Shown: positions 38,786-50,070, counted from the stretch's first letter. The stretch is 64,000 nt of DNA from Methanoregula sp. (GCA_035353675.1 DAOQAA010000003.1:781-64780); one strand, 5' to 3'. The notes: generated by a model not told the origin, from the sequence alone. Made by a program: numbers and translations.

Positions 38786-40780
38786 TTAGCCCATAAACAG
38801 GCTCAGCACCCGGAATGCAATGCCGCCAATTATAGTCGCACCAGCTACTTCAACAAGGGTAATTGCAAGAGACTTTTTCCAGCCGAATTCTGATGCAAGT
38901 GCAAGGATTACTGATATACACGGAATATAGATCATCGTGACAAGCGCAAGGACAATCAGCTGGACCGGTGTTAAGACCGATGCAAAGTTGGTTGTACCAA
39001 GAAGTATTGCAAGGGAAAGGATTGTCATTTCCTTTCTTACTATCCCAAAGATAAGCGTGATGCCGACAATGGCCGGAAGTCCCAGCCAGAGCGTTGTAAT
39101 CGGCGCGAGCGCATCATTTACCGGGGTAAGCCAGCCGGCCCAGTAGACAGCCTGTATAAGGGCACTCCCAACAATATATGCCGGGAAGACAAGCCAGATA
39201 AGCGATTTTGTACGGGCCCATGTCTGTTTGAGCACAACAGAAACTGATGGGACATGGTAGTCCGGCATCTCCATGATAAGACCCACCGATTCACCGGGCA
39301 TCACCTTAAATGCCAGTCTCCCGGCAATAATGACAAGGAGAATATCAAACGCATACAGTGCAAGTGCCCACCAGATATTGACAAAAGCGGCCACAAGACC
39401 GATGATCACGATTGTCCGTGCGGTGCATGGAACGAGCGTGACAAGGAACGAGGCGAGCAGTTTCTGCTTGGGCGATTCCATGATCCGGCATGAATAGCAC
39501 GCCGGTACATTACAACCGTAACCAAGGATAATAGGGATGATCGCCTTTCCATGCAGTCCCAGTTTGTGCATGCCCCGGTCAAGCATTACTGAAATCCGGG
39601 TGAGGTACCCGGAGTCCTCGATTATTGCAAGGATCAGGTAGAACGGCAGCACATACGGGATAATCAGGGTCAGGCCGGCAACAAACCCGGTGAATGCCCC
39701 GTTCCAGAGCACGCTTGCCAGGGACCCGGAGATCACCGGTTCATACTGTTCGAACTGCGAAAGAAATCCGGCCAGTATTTCGGAGATCCCGGCACCGATT
39801 ATAAAGGTCCAGATAAGGAGACTGCCGATGACGGCGATAACCATCAGGTACCCGAAAAGCGGGTGCAGTGCGACGCTGTCTACCCGGTCGGTAAGATTCT
39901 TTTTTACCGAACCGTCAGCGGGCGTTCGTACCGTAACGACCTGCTCTGCGATCCTGTCCGCAATCAGGTACCGCTCCGCACTCATGACAACACAGGTGGA
40001 TTCGCCATGAAACGACTCAATCTCTGCCGCAAGTTTTGCTGCGGTTGTTACAACATCAGGTGCCTGTTCACCGATAAGGCCGGTAATCTTCGGATCTTTT
40101 TCGAGCAGCTTGATTGCAACCCATCGTGTCGGGTACGCGGTTTTTACCGCGCCCATTATGTCCATGATCCGGCTGATTCGCTCTTCGACTTCCTTACCAT
40201 AATGAAGGACCGGAGGGACTGGCCGGTTATGCACGAGATCAAGTATCGCCCCGGTCAGGTTCGGGATGCCTTTTCCCCGGATGGCGACCATTGGAATGAC
40301 CGGGACACCAAGGAGTTCTGACAATTTTTTTGTGTCAACGATGATCCCCTTTTTCTCAGCAAGATCAATCTGGTTGACCGCAACCATAAGCGGCGGCGCA
40401 AGTTCCATAAGCTGGATCGTAAAGAAGAGGTTGCGTTCCAGCGCCGATGCATCGATTACGTTGACAACTGCATCCGGGAGTTCGAGCGCGATGTAATCCC
40501 GGGAGACCAGTTCTTCCATCGAGTAGGTTGAAAACGAGTAGATACCAGGAAGGTCAATCACCCGTATCCGGTTCCCTTTATACTGGAGGATCCCTTCTGC
40601 CCGTTCCACGGTCTTTCCCGGCCAGTTGCCGATGATCTGGTCGACGCCGGTCAACTGGTTGAAAGTGACGCTCTTGCCGACATTTGCGTTACCTGCAAGG
40701 GCAATCGTGTAATCGACATCGGAAACCGGAGATTTCTTTTCCCCCCTTGCACACCCGTTGCATCCATCGCATCCTTTCAC
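38786..40780 (-). CDS. feoB: Ferrous iron transporter B
   Basis: [37 protein letters not shown] and MEMPDY motifs. Confidence 0.97.
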   Translation of the reverse strand: MKGCDGCNGCARGEKKSPVSDVDYTIALAGNANVGKSVTFNQLTGVDQIIGNWPGKTVERAEGILQYKGNRIRVIDLPGIYSFSTYSMEELVSRDYIALELPDAVVNVIDASALERNLFFTIQLMELAPPLMVAVNQIDLAEKKGIIVDTKKLSELLGVPVIPMVAIRGKGIPNLTGAILDLVHNRPVPPVLHYGKEVEERISRIMDIMGAVKTAYPTRWVAIKLLEKDPKITGLIGEQAPDVVTTAAKLAAEIESFHGESTCVVMSAERYLIADRIAEQVVTVRTPADGSVKKNLTDRVDSVALHPLFGYLMVIAVIGSLLIWTFIIGAGISEILAGFLSQFEQYEPVISGSLASVLWNGAFTGFVAGLTLIIPYVLPFYLILAIIEDSGYLTRISVMLDRGMHKLGLHGKAIIPIILGYGCNVPACYSCRIMESPKQKLLASFLVTLVPCTARTIVIIGLVAAFVNIWWALALYAFDILLVIIAGRLAFKVMPGESVGLIMEMPDYHVPSVSVVLKQTWARTKSLIWLVFPAYIVGSALIQAVYWAGWLTPVNDALAPITTLWLGLPAIVGITLIFGIVRKEMTILSLAILLGTTNFASVLTPVQLIVLALVTMIYIPCISVILALASEFGWKKSLAITLVEVAGATIIGGIAFRVLSLFMG

Positions 40781-41502
40781 GCATTTCCCCCTTCAAGGGC
40801 CCTGACAAAAATGTTCTCCGCGATGGTATGATCGATCGCAAGTTTTGTCCGGCGGACAAACACCTCAACCGGCCCGTTCATGGGGGCCTTCCGCATAACA
40901 GAAACTGTGGTCCCAAGCGTGAGGCCAAGATCAGAAAGTCGCTGCACGACTTTACAATCGCCACGGATAAATGCGATCGTTCCTTTTTCCTGCGCTTTGA
41001 GATCAGTGACCGGTATAATATCCGCATTTTTCAGATCATTCGGGACAGGAATTGCAGAACCGGTTACCGTGTCGCACTCACTGCAGCTCCCGATCCCTTT
41101 TGCACAAGGGGCAATCGGGCTCCCATGGGGGCAGCGTGCCGGTGCATTAAGCATCCGGCAGAGTGCATTCTCGGTGTCTTCAGAAATCGTGTGCTCCATC
41201 CGGCACGCTTCGTCATGTACTTTTTCACGTTTGATATGCAGGACATCGAAAAGGAACACTTCAAGGAGACGATGCCGCCGTTTGATCGTCTCTGCGATCT
41301 TTTTCCCTTCCACGGTCAGGCTTGCGCCCCGGTAGGGTTCATAGTTTACAAGATTTTTCTCTGCAAGGTTCTGGAGCGCCCCGGTGACACTTGCCGGAGC
41401 AATCTTTAAGCATTTTGCAATTTCCGAAGTCTTTGCAGCGCCTTCAGCCCCTGCAATATCGTATATCGCTTCGAGGTATTCCTCGACCTGTTCCTGCGCC
41501 AT
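40777..41502 (-). CDS. DtxR/MntR family metal-dependent regulator with C-terminal FeoA domain
   Basis: EEYLEAIY, RRHRLLEVFL, EACRMEH and CPHGSPI; FeoA-like RLSDLGL...APMNGPV. Confidence 0.93.
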   Translation of the reverse strand: MAQEQVEEYLEAIYDIAGAEGAAKTSEIAKCLKIAPASVTGALQNLAEKNLVNYEPYRGASLTVEGKKIAETIKRRHRLLEVFLFDVLHIKREKVHDEACRMEHTISEDTENALCRMLNAPARCPHGSPIAPCAKGIGSCSECDTVTGSAIPVPNDLKNADIIPVTDLKAQEKGTIAFIRGDCKVVQRLSDLGLTLGTTVSVMRKAPMNGPVEVFVRRTKLAIDHTIAENIFVRALEGGNA

Positions 41503-41511
41503 CGGAATTAT

Positions 41512-41555
41512 AATTAGGGTACCCTAAATTAAGATAATTTCGGTTGACCTAAAAA
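41512..41555. promoter_or_regulatory. Tandem DtxR-family-like operator boxes
   Basis: Perfect palindrome TTAGGGTACCCTAA (41514-41527) and imperfect TTTCGGTTGACCTAAA (41538-41553), upstream of the regulator; TTAGG...CCTAA arms as in DtxR/MntR boxes. Confidence 0.75.
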
Positions 41556-41615
41556 TTTCCCGGTATCTGAAGTTTTTTTAAATTATGGACGCATTGGTAG
41601 ATACAAGGAGAAATC

Positions 41616-42908
41616 ATGGCGATTGACTGGTACAGCGAGTTTGTCGATACAAATTACGAACCGGCAAAAGACGATCTTGTCTGCCTGTATTATTTTGAAC
41701 CTGCATCGGGAATTTCAAAAGAAGAAGCGGCAGGACGGATCGCATCCGAGAGTTCGACAGGTACCTGGACGACACTTTTTACCATGCCGCCACTTATGAA
41801 AAAACTCAAAGCCACTGCTTTTGAGTTCGATAATAATTATGTCAAAATTGCTTACCCGCTTGCACTCTGGGAAGAGGGAAATGCAGTCCAGCTGATGAGC
41901 GGAATTGCAGGAAATATCTTCGGGATGAAAGCGCTCAAAAACCTGCGCCTCATCGATGCCACGCTCCCCCAAGCGTACCTTAAAGGGTTTAAAGGACCGC
42001 ACTTCGGCATGGATGGGATCCGAAAGATGATGAAGGTGTACAGCCGGCCACTCACCGGTGCTGTGCCAAAACCCAAGATCGGTTTTTCAGCAAAAGAGCA
42101 TGCTGAGGTCGGGTACGAGACATGGATGGGCGGGTTTGATTTTGTAAAAGACGATGAAAACCTTACGTCCACATCGTTTAACCGGTTCGAGGACCGGGTA
42201 AAGTATATGACAAAACTCCGGGACAAGGCCGAGCAGGAGACCGGAGAAAAGAAATCCGCGTTCTTAAACATCACTGCCGATGTTGATACCATGAAGATGC
42301 GTGCCGATATGCTGGCAGATTATGGCTGGAATTACGCGATGATCGATGTTGTGGTCGCAGGTAACTCAGGCGTCATGACCCTGAGGGACTACTGTTCTGA
42401 CCTTGGTCTTGCGATCCATGCGCACCGGGCGATGCATGCATCCTTTGACCGTAACAAAAAGCATGGCATTACGATGTATTTTTTGGCAAAACTCATGCGC
42501 CTTATCGGGGTCTCCCAGATCCACACGGGAACGGCAGTCGGAAAACTGACCGGGACAAAAACTGAATCAATAATTCTTGCCGATCTGCTGCGAAAGAAAA
42601 AAATATCAGAATCCCCGCACCAGTGTCTCGCGCAGGACTGGGGTTCAATAAAAACAGCGTTTCCGGTCTCATCCGGCGGGTTGCATCCCGGTCTTGTCCC
42701 GGATGTGCTTGATATCTACGGAAAAGACCTCGTACTGCTGGTTTCAGGAGGCATCCACGGCCACCCGAAAGGTACTCGCGCCGGGGCCCGGGCAACCATG
42801 CAGGCGATTGAGGCATGGCAGGAAGGCGTTACACTTGACGAAAAAGCAAAAAAATCTGCCGACCTGAATAGTGCCCTTGAAAAATGGGGATACTATAAAC
42901 CAAAGTGA
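41616..42908 (+). CDS. rbcL: RuBisCO large subunit, archaeal form III
   Basis: ESSTGTWT, KPKIG, GFDFVKDDE (carbamylated Lys), HAHRAMH, GTAVGKL, SSGGLH and GGGI-like SGGIHGHP. Confidence 0.95.
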   Translation: MAIDWYSEFVDTNYEPAKDDLVCLYYFEPASGISKEEAAGRIASESSTGTWTTLFTMPPLMKKLKATAFEFDNNYVKIAYPLALWEEGNAVQLMSGIAGNIFGMKALKNLRLIDATLPQAYLKGFKGPHFGMDGIRKMMKVYSRPLTGAVPKPKIGFSAKEHAEVGYETWMGGFDFVKDDENLTSTSFNRFEDRVKYMTKLRDKAEQETGEKKSAFLNITADVDTMKMRADMLADYGWNYAMIDVVVAGNSGVMTLRDYCSDLGLAIHAHRAMHASFDRNKKHGITMYFLAKLMRLIGVSQIHTGTAVGKLTGTKTESIILADLLRKKKISESPHQCLAQDWGSIKTAFPVSSGGLHPGLVPDVLDIYGKDLVLLVSGGIHGHPKGTRAGARATMQAIEAWQEGVTLDEKAKKSADLNSALEKWGYYKPK

Positions 42909-42971
42909 CGGGATTACTTTCCTGCTGCATCCCAATTCCTTTTTATATCATATCAAAAACACTTAGGCACC

Positions 42972-44927
42972 GTGACTGACTTTGAGCTCGTTTCCACTTT
43001 TCCACCGGCCGGGTCCCAGCCGGAGGCAATAGCGAAACTAAAAGACGGTCTTATTGATAACACCCGGTTCCAGACGCTCCTTGGCGTCACCGGTTCCGGC
43101 AAGACGTTTACGATGGCAAATGTCATTGCCTCAGCAAACAAGCCGACCCTTGTCATCGCCCACAACAAGACACTTGCCGCACAGCTCTACCAGGAGTTCT
43201 GCGACTTTTTCCCGAAAAACCGGGTTGAGTACTTTGTTTCATACTATGATTACTACCAGCCCGAGTCCTATATCCCGGCAAAAGACCAGTATATCGAGAA
43301 AGACTCGGCAATCAATCCAAAGATCGAGATGCTCCGGCTCTCCTCCACGGCTTCCCTTTCATGCCGGAACGATGTAATTGTGGTCGCATCGGTTTCCTGT
43401 ATCTTTGGGTTGGGCAACCCGGAAAATTTCCGGAACCTCGGCTTTGATCTGTCAGTCGGCCAGAAGATTTCCCGTAACGAGATCATGAGCCGGTTATTGG
43501 ATCTCCTGTTTGAACGAAACGACATCGACCTTTCCCCGGGCCGGTTCCGGGTCAAGGGCGACACTATCGATATCGTACCGGGCTACTACAACAATATCAT
43601 CCGGATCGAACTTTTTGGCGATGAGATCGAGCGTATCCGGGAAATTGACAAGAATACCGGTGAAAAAAAAGAGGAGATGAAATATTTCTACGTCTACCCC
43701 GCACGCCACTTTGTCACTCCGGAGAGTGCGCAGAAAACCGCTATTCTCTCCATAAGAGAAGAACTCGAAGAAGTGCTCCCAAAACTCGGGCTCATTGAAG
43801 CCCACCGGCTCCGGCAGCGGGCAAATTTTGACCTTGAAATGATACAGGAAACCGGCACCTGCAAGGGGATTGAGAATTACTCCCGGCATTTTGACGGCAG
43901 GAAAGCAGGCGAGAAACCGTACTGCCTGCTTGATTATTTCCCGGAAGATTTCCTGATGATCATCGATGAGAGTCACCAGACTGTCCCGCAGCTGCACGGG
44001 ATGTACAATGGCGACCGGTCACGCAAGGAGACGCTTGTGAACTACGGGTTCCGCCTCCCTTCCGCACTCGACAACAGGCCCCTGAAATTCCATGAATTCG
44101 AGAAGTACATGCGCCAGGTGGTCTTTGTCTCTGCAACACCCGGGCCCTATGAATTAAAGCACTCGACGCAGGTCGTTGAACAGATCATCCGGCCGACCGG
44201 CCTTGTCGACCCGGTAATCGAAGTCCGGCCTATTGAAGGGCAGACCCTCAATGTAATTAACGAGACAAAAAAGACCGTGGAACGCGGCGACCGGGTGCTT
44301 GTGACTACGCTCACAAAAAAACTTGCCGAAGAACTCTCCGAGTACCTTGCCGACCGTGGCATCCGTACCCGGTACCTCCATTCAGAAATCCAGACACTCG
44401 AACGGACCGAGATCATCCGGGAGCTCAGGCTGGGCAAATTCGATGTGCTTGTCGGTATCAACCTGTTGCGTGAAGGCCTTGATATTCCCGAGGTCGGGTT
44501 TATCGGGATCCTCGACGCGGACAAGGAGGGGTTCCTCCGGGACGCACGGAGCCTGATCCAGATCATCGGCCGGGCCGCACGGAATGTCAACGCAAAGGTC
44601 GTGCTCTACGCTGACTCAATGACCGATTCGATGAAAACTGCAATCTCGGAAACACAACGCCGGCGCCAGATGCAGATCGCCTATAACGAAAAACATCACA
44701 TTATCCCCCAGACGATAATTAAGCCCGTAAAAGAAAAAGAGGTCGAGATCAAGGATACAAAATATCTCCCGAAGGCCGAGATTCCAAACGTAATTATTGA
44801 GATTGAAAAGCAGATGCGGGACGCGGCAGACAACCTTGACTTTGAGCGGGCTATTGCACTCCGCGACCAGGTGAAAAAATTAAACGAGCGGTTGAAACAC
44901 GGGGGAACTCATCCGCAACAAGGATAG
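42972..44927 (+). CDS. uvrB: Excinuclease ABC subunit B
   Basis: GVTGSGKT, HNKTLAAQLY, YYDYYQPE, DESH, INLLREGLD and a C-terminal UVR domain. Confidence 0.99.
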   Translation: MTDFELVSTFPPAGSQPEAIAKLKDGLIDNTRFQTLLGVTGSGKTFTMANVIASANKPTLVIAHNKTLAAQLYQEFCDFFPKNRVEYFVSYYDYYQPESYIPAKDQYIEKDSAINPKIEMLRLSSTASLSCRNDVIVVASVSCIFGLGNPENFRNLGFDLSVGQKISRNEIMSRLLDLLFERNDIDLSPGRFRVKGDTIDIVPGYYNNIIRIELFGDEIERIREIDKNTGEKKEEMKYFYVYPARHFVTPESAQKTAILSIREELEEVLPKLGLIEAHRLRQRANFDLEMIQETGTCKGIENYSRHFDGRKAGEKPYCLLDYFPEDFLMIIDESHQTVPQLHGMYNGDRSRKETLVNYGFRLPSALDNRPLKFHEFEKYMRQVVFVSATPGPYELKHSTQVVEQIIRPTGLVDPVIEVRPIEGQTLNVINETKKTVERGDRVLVTTLTKKLAEELSEYLADRGIRTRYLHSEIQTLERTEIIRELRLGKFDVLVGINLLREGLDIPEVGFIGILDADKEGFLRDARSLIQIIGRAARNVNAKVVLYADSMTDSMKTAISETQRRRQMQIAYNEKHHIIPQTIIKPVKEKEVEIKDTKYLPKAEIPNVIIEIEKQMRDAADNLDFERAIALRDQVKKLNERLKHGGTHPQQG

Positions 44928-44972
44928 AAGAGTCACGGGCAACTTCAAAAAGGATCAGGTTTTACTGCCACA

Positions 44973-46325
44973 TTACTTTGCCATACTATCAGCAGATTTA
45001 GCATTCCCCATATCCGGAACACCAACCATATAGTAACGCTTGATAAATTCCCGCACTTTTTCAGATTCTATCCATCCCTGGTCAAGCTGCGTAACGATCC
45101 TGTCAATCTCCCGTGCCTGAAAAAGGATCTTATCAGTCACCTCTCCGGGAGACAAGCTTGAGAGACCAACGATCACTGCAAGGGGGTTCCGTATATGATC
45201 TCCAAGAATGGCAAACTGTTCAATATTCTTTTCAATCTGCTCGAGTGCCGATCTTTTGACCGCTTCCATCTGCTTTCTGTCGGTAATATCGATAAACGAT
45301 GCCATGATGCAGACGGGATTGTTCTTTTCATTTTTTACAAGGTTAATCCAGAGCAGGATATAAAACGGAGTCTCATCCGATTTCTTAAGGGGCAGCTCCC
45401 CGAACCAGCTTCCTTTCCCAAAAAGCGCCTCCCGTATTGTATCCTTCCCGTTTTTTGACGCGACATATTCCCACAGGGATTTATGAATAAATTCCTGCGC
45501 ACTGTCAGATCTCATCATTTTCACAAGTGAATTGTTCACATACGTGATCCCAAAGTCAAGATCCATGATGGCAATCGCGTTGATTGAAGAACTGATTGCC
45601 TGATCTTTTATGATAAGTTCTTCTTCGGCCTGTTTTTTTGCGGTGATATCGACAATGGTGCAGACAAACTGGTTATCCGGGAGCATCCCGGCAGACAGCA
45701 AAACCCAGATGGGGGTACCGGCCTTTGTTAAAAACCGGGTTTCAAAATTTTCTACGTTCCCCTGCCGGGAAAGGGTCTGGAAAAACCGGTCGCGATCAGC
45801 CGGGTCAACCCACATCCTTGAAAACGGGATGGCCTCAATCTCTGTTGGCTCGTAACCAAGCGTATCAGCAAACCGCCGGTTCACTTCCTGTACCGTGCGA
45901 TCCAGACTGCTCAAAAGGCCGATTCCGGCTTCAGAATAATTAAAAATTCCCCGGTATTTCACTTCATTTTTGCGCATGTGGAGGGCAAGACTTGAGACAA
46001 CTGCTGCAACACCAATGAAAACAACGCAGGTAATAGAAGCTGATGCAATTTTTCCAAGAGATCCCCCTGAGGTAATAGCAACCATCCCGATATAGAGTGC
46101 AGCGATTACAGCAGAAAATGAGACCCCCCAGCGGGGATACCAGTATGCTTGGATCACAATCGGGATATAGAGAAGATTTGTTGCAACAGCCGCGGTGCCG
46201 GTACCGGACTGGAGTGCAAGAATGTTTACAAGAAGCGCAAGGATTGTAGTATTGACAATAATAAACAGCCAGAGATCAATAAAACTCTCTTCACGTTCAC
46301 TCACAAGGGTGGATGATCCTGTCAT
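44973..46325 (-). CDS. Membrane PAS-PAS sensor ending in an H-box-like segment with no HATPase domain
   Basis: Four TM helices (YIPIV..AYWYPRWG), two PAS/PAC domains, C-terminal LGDHIRNPL...GWIESEKVREF. Confidence 0.85.
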   Translation of the reverse strand: MTGSSTLVSEREESFIDLWLFIIVNTTILALLVNILALQSGTGTAAVATNLLYIPIVIQAYWYPRWGVSFSAVIAALYIGMVAITSGGSLGKIASASITCVVFIGVAAVVSSLALHMRKNEVKYRGIFNYSEAGIGLLSSLDRTVQEVNRRFADTLGYEPTEIEAIPFSRMWVDPADRDRFFQTLSRQGNVENFETRFLTKAGTPIWVLLSAGMLPDNQFVCTIVDITAKKQAEEELIIKDQAISSSINAIAIMDLDFGITYVNNSLVKMMRSDSAQEFIHKSLWEYVASKNGKDTIREALFGKGSWFGELPLKKSDETPFYILLWINLVKNEKNNPVCIMASFIDITDRKQMEAVKRSALEQIEKNIEQFAILGDHIRNPLAVIVGLSSLSPGEVTDKILFQAREIDRIVTQLDQGWIESEKVREFIKRYYMVGVPDMGNAKSADSMAK

Positions 46326-46615
46326 TGGGCCCCCGGATCAGGACTTTCACGAAAAATCAGCCTTATCTCCACTCTTCTCGTTCCTCTTTTAAGTAATTTC
46401 ACATTATATTATCATATTAAAAAAACTTTTCGGTATGACGGGAGACAAAGAAGAAAAAAGAGAGCAGCATTTGGATAACGGGATAAAAAAATCCTGCATT
46501 TTCAGACCGGTGTCCCGTTTTTTCCGATATCGGGAATTCTACCGGTTCGTAGCGTAGATTTTTCGCATTATAAAAAATATAAAATAAATTATTGTATATT
46601 TATAGCTTGTGAATT

Positions 46616-49084
46616 TTATCCGAATCCCCACTGTGCAAGGGTTGTATGCGACGGATCGACATCCGTCCAGCTCCATCCAAGGGCTTCGATGATCCGCGAT
46701 ATGGGTTGTTCGACAGTCTTTTCAAGCATCAGTTCTAAATCCGGGACAAATTCTTTTGGAACCTGATCAGCATATTCAAAACAGAGCACATCGGTCTTGG
46801 GGTATTTTCCGGTCACTGCTTTTATATAGATACGCTTTGGCTTGCTGCCCTTACCAAACTCGGTGCGCAAATACTTGTTGGCGTACCGGGCGCCCCTTAC
46901 CTGCGCATCATCTGTCTCGTAATCGTCAAGGGATTTTCCGATGCCGCCGGGAATACCGATCTCATCAAGCGAGAATTTCCCGGCACGGTATTTCGTAATA
47001 ATCCCACCAAGGTAAGACTTTATCTCTGAATATTCTGCCCCGGCAAGGATCATCTCCATCACTTTTGACTGGACGGTTTTTGTGATCTGCGGCGTGTCGC
47101 TGCGCCGGATCTCAAATCCTACAATATCAATCTGGTCTGCCTCTACCCCTTCCTTCCAGACAAGCCGTCCTGCATACCGCTTCTTCTTTCCGGCCTGGAA
47201 GAACCGGGCGTAGATCTTCTCGAACTTGATGGAAAAATAATGCGTGTCTGCATTCAGTTCGCGCCGGGCGAAATCCTGGTAACTTGCATTCAGCTGTTTT
47301 TCGAGTTTTCGGGCGGTTTCAATGGTTTTTTCCTGGTCGAGCGGCGGGATCTGGACCATGCAGGAATCGGTGTCGCCATATATTACCGTGTAGCCCTGCT
47401 GTTCGATAACCCGCCGGGTATGCTCGATAATTGCCCGGCCCACCGATGTAACGGCTGCACCAATCTCCCGGTCAAAGAGCCGGAACCGGGTATACCCCGA
47501 TACCCCGTAGTATGTATTCATAATCACTTTGAGCACGTTCTGCTGCATATCATACAGCACATACTTCGGAGAACCATACGGGAATGTGTTCCGGAGACTC
47601 TTTCGGGCGTCACGTTCCTTTAACAGTTCCGAAAGGATACTCCGCGTCAGCCCGTCAGGCTGTTTTTTGAACCGGATGCCGTTTGGTGCAACAAGTTCCC
47701 CGTCCGGATCTTTTGTCTCAGGCGATGCGTTGATTGTCATCATCGCCATCGGGTAGAGCGATTTTAAATCGAGCACAATGACATTTTCCCGGACGCCCTT
47801 ACTCGGTTCAAAAACCGTCGCCCCCTCAAACTCCTCGGCGTTTGCAAAACCTTTGGACGGCAGGACATATTTCCCGTGGGCTTTTCTTAGGATATAGACA
47901 TCGATGACACTTGATGAGTTGAGCGTCTTATCCAGCGGGCAGCCAACATAACGGGCAATCTCCCGGTAGAAACCGACAATATTGTCCTTCCTGTTGATCG
48001 CAACGCAGAGTTCGACATCCTTGTAGTTATACTCAACAAGAAGCGCCGGTTCTTTCTTCCAGAGATCGGAAACCGTACCGGTATACCTTACTTTGCTTTC
48101 GCCAACCTCTTCCTGTGCAATGGCATCGAGCCGGTAGGACTCCTTCTGGGTTGAATGCATCTTCTTGTAGCCGGTGAGCAGATCAAAGAGCGCCCGGCCA
48201 CGAACTGCATTCCTGTCAGTCATCCCGGGCAGGCGGGCAAGCATGACCGGCGAGAGACCTAGTTTTTCCATCCTCCCGGTAATATAGGGCATATCGAACT
48301 CAACAAAGTTCCATCCCGAGAGGATATCGGGATCGCGTTCGGCAATATAAGCCCCGAATGCTTTGAGCATGGAAACTTCATCCGGGTACGTGCAGATCGT
48401 GTGTGTGCCTTTCCGGAAACACCCGTTTTTAAGACCACCATTAGTTTCCTTTTCAGAAATTTCGGCAGGTTTCTCTTTACCGCCAAATAAAAAGGTCGTA
48501 TAATCGTCATCGAACGAATCATGGCAGGTAATACAAATAATTGCATCACGCTCGGTATCAGGAAAACCCCGCTCGTCCTCGCACTCGATATCGATCATGC
48601 AGACACGGGCCGGTGCGTCGACTTCAGTCGGCACAAGAGCATGATAATCAATGGTGGTTTCTGTGGTTGATACGGCCCCGGTAAGCCCGCAGTCAATCAT
48701 GAAACGGGTCGCAAAGGGAATATCGGCTTCGAAATGCCGGAACCTCTCCCTCATGTCCTTGACATCGCCCGGGCGGACAGTATACAGCCGTTTCAGTTTC
48801 TCGCCACGGATCGACTTGTATATTGTATCGGGTTCGACAGTTACCTGTGCCGGAATAGTCTGGCCAACCTGATCTTCAGGCACATAGAAATATGGCAAAA
48901 ACCCGGTTACATCAAGCCGGTGCGCCGAACCCCCAGTGTCCCTCCCGAAAATATGGATAATCGGCCCATCCGGACTGTTGCTGTATTCCACCTGGTTGAT
49001 GGCAATTGTCAGGATGGCTCCGGACTTCTCAAGCGTAGTAGGCACAGTCACCGTTTCCGTGGGCCTCATGACCTGGACGGGCAT
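46616..49084 (-). CDS. polB: Family B DNA polymerase
   Basis: Exonuclease motifs IDIE, GWN..FD and YNYKD; polymerase motifs DLKSLYP, KVIMNTYYG, YGDTDS and KKRY; PIP-like tail TLAQWGF; no intein. Confidence 0.97.
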   Translation of the reverse strand: MPVQVMRPTETVTVPTTLEKSGAILTIAINQVEYSNSPDGPIIHIFGRDTGGSAHRLDVTGFLPYFYVPEDQVGQTIPAQVTVEPDTIYKSIRGEKLKRLYTVRPGDVKDMRERFRHFEADIPFATRFMIDCGLTGAVSTTETTIDYHALVPTEVDAPARVCMIDIECEDERGFPDTERDAIICITCHDSFDDDYTTFLFGGKEKPAEISEKETNGGLKNGCFRKGTHTICTYPDEVSMLKAFGAYIAERDPDILSGWNFVEFDMPYITGRMEKLGLSPVMLARLPGMTDRNAVRGRALFDLLTGYKKMHSTQKESYRLDAIAQEEVGESKVRYTGTVSDLWKKEPALLVEYNYKDVELCVAINRKDNIVGFYREIARYVGCPLDKTLNSSSVIDVYILRKAHGKYVLPSKGFANAEEFEGATVFEPSKGVRENVIVLDLKSLYPMAMMTINASPETKDPDGELVAPNGIRFKKQPDGLTRSILSELLKERDARKSLRNTFPYGSPKYVLYDMQQNVLKVIMNTYYGVSGYTRFRLFDREIGAAVTSVGRAIIEHTRRVIEQQGYTVIYGDTDSCMVQIPPLDQEKTIETARKLEKQLNASYQDFARRELNADTHYFSIKFEKIYARFFQAGKKKRYAGRLVWKEGVEADQIDIVGFEIRRSDTPQITKTVQSKVMEMILAGAEYSEIKSYLGGIITKYRAGKFSLDEIGIPGGIGKSLDDYETDDAQVRGARYANKYLRTEFGKGSKPKRIYIKAVTGKYPKTDVLCFEYADQVPKEFVPDLELMLEKTVEQPISRIIEALGWSWTDVDPSHTTLAQWGFG

Positions 49085-49087
49085 AAT

Positions 49088-49954
49088 CTACGGCACCGCC
49101 GAATGGCTGAGATCCCGGACAAATGTTCCGGCCCTGTCCATCCCTTCTCTTTCCCAGGCGTCGAGATCCCACTGTACAATTTCATGAATGCCATTTTTGC
49201 CGACCCGTACCGGCACGCCAAGCGAACACCCTGATAACCCGTATTCACCGTCAAGCACCGCTGAACTGGGAATGGTATTCTGTGAATCGAAAATCAGCAT
49301 CCGGACAAGTGATGTAATGTGGTATGCCGGGCCAAAGACGGTCCCGCCCTTTCCTTTGATCACTTCCATGCTTGCACCACGGAGTTCCTGCTGGATCTCA
49401 TCCCGCTCCCTGTCCGGAACCTGATACGGGAGTCGGGAGAAGACCGGGACCTGGTACTCCCCGTGTTCACCAAGAACCATAGCCGGCCCCTTCATATTAC
49501 GGTTGCAAAGAGAAAGCGCGAACCGTGCACTGTCCAGCTGGCCGCCAAACCCGATACAGTTCTCACGGGGTAACCCGGTGAGATGGTGCAGGAGGTAGTT
49601 GTTAACGTCCATGGGATTTGTTACCGTAACAAGGAGACCGGAGAAACCTTCAAGCAACCGGGCACATTGATTGATCACGGGGAGATTCACTTTAAGAAGA
49701 TCAGCACGAGTCTTGATATCCGGGGTCCGGGGAACACCAGCCGAAAAAACACATACGTCAGCATCCCGGATTGCATTTTGCCCGGTCAGGATCTCGACCG
49801 GAAGGCCGGTATGCCGTATATCAAGCACCTGTGCTTTTAAGAGACTGCTGGTGCGGTCATAGAGCGCCAGTTCATCTACAATACCCATTGCGGCAGCAAG
49901 ATAGGCAACCTCCCCGCCGACTCTTCCAACTCCCACCACTGCAAGCCGCGTCAT
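49088..49954 (-). CDS. mdh: Malate dehydrogenase (LDH/MDH family)
   Basis: GVGRVG Rossmann motif, AGVPR...RADLL..N, VTNPMD, LDSARF and LGEHG. Confidence 0.85.
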   Translation of the reverse strand: MTRLAVVGVGRVGGEVAYLAAAMGIVDELALYDRTSSLLKAQVLDIRHTGLPVEILTGQNAIRDADVCVFSAGVPRTPDIKTRADLLKVNLPVINQCARLLEGFSGLLVTVTNPMDVNNYLLHHLTGLPRENCIGFGGQLDSARFALSLCNRNMKGPAMVLGEHGEYQVPVFSRLPYQVPDRERDEIQQELRGASMEVIKGKGGTVFGPAYHITSLVRMLIFDSQNTIPSSAVLDGEYGLSGCSLGVPVRVGKNGIHEIVQWDLDAWEREGMDRAGTFVRDLSHSAVP

Positions 49955-50070
49955 TCTCGTTTCCAGTCTAAGGTATGTATCTCTAAAATTTAAGTGACTA
50001 CCGACATGATGGTAGCAGTTTTTCAGAGAAAAGATGTTCTTTATTATTTATTACGTCCATTCTGTGATGG

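Noticed and set aside
41616-42908. RuBisCO as evidence of a Calvin cycle, or as a RuBisCO-like protein (form IV)
   Set aside because: Catalytic motifs are intact and fit archaeal form III; no small subunit or PRK gene in the window
46616-49084. Inteins in PolB, RFC-L or the helicases
   Set aside because: Lengths are normal and motifs contiguous; no intein junction signatures seen
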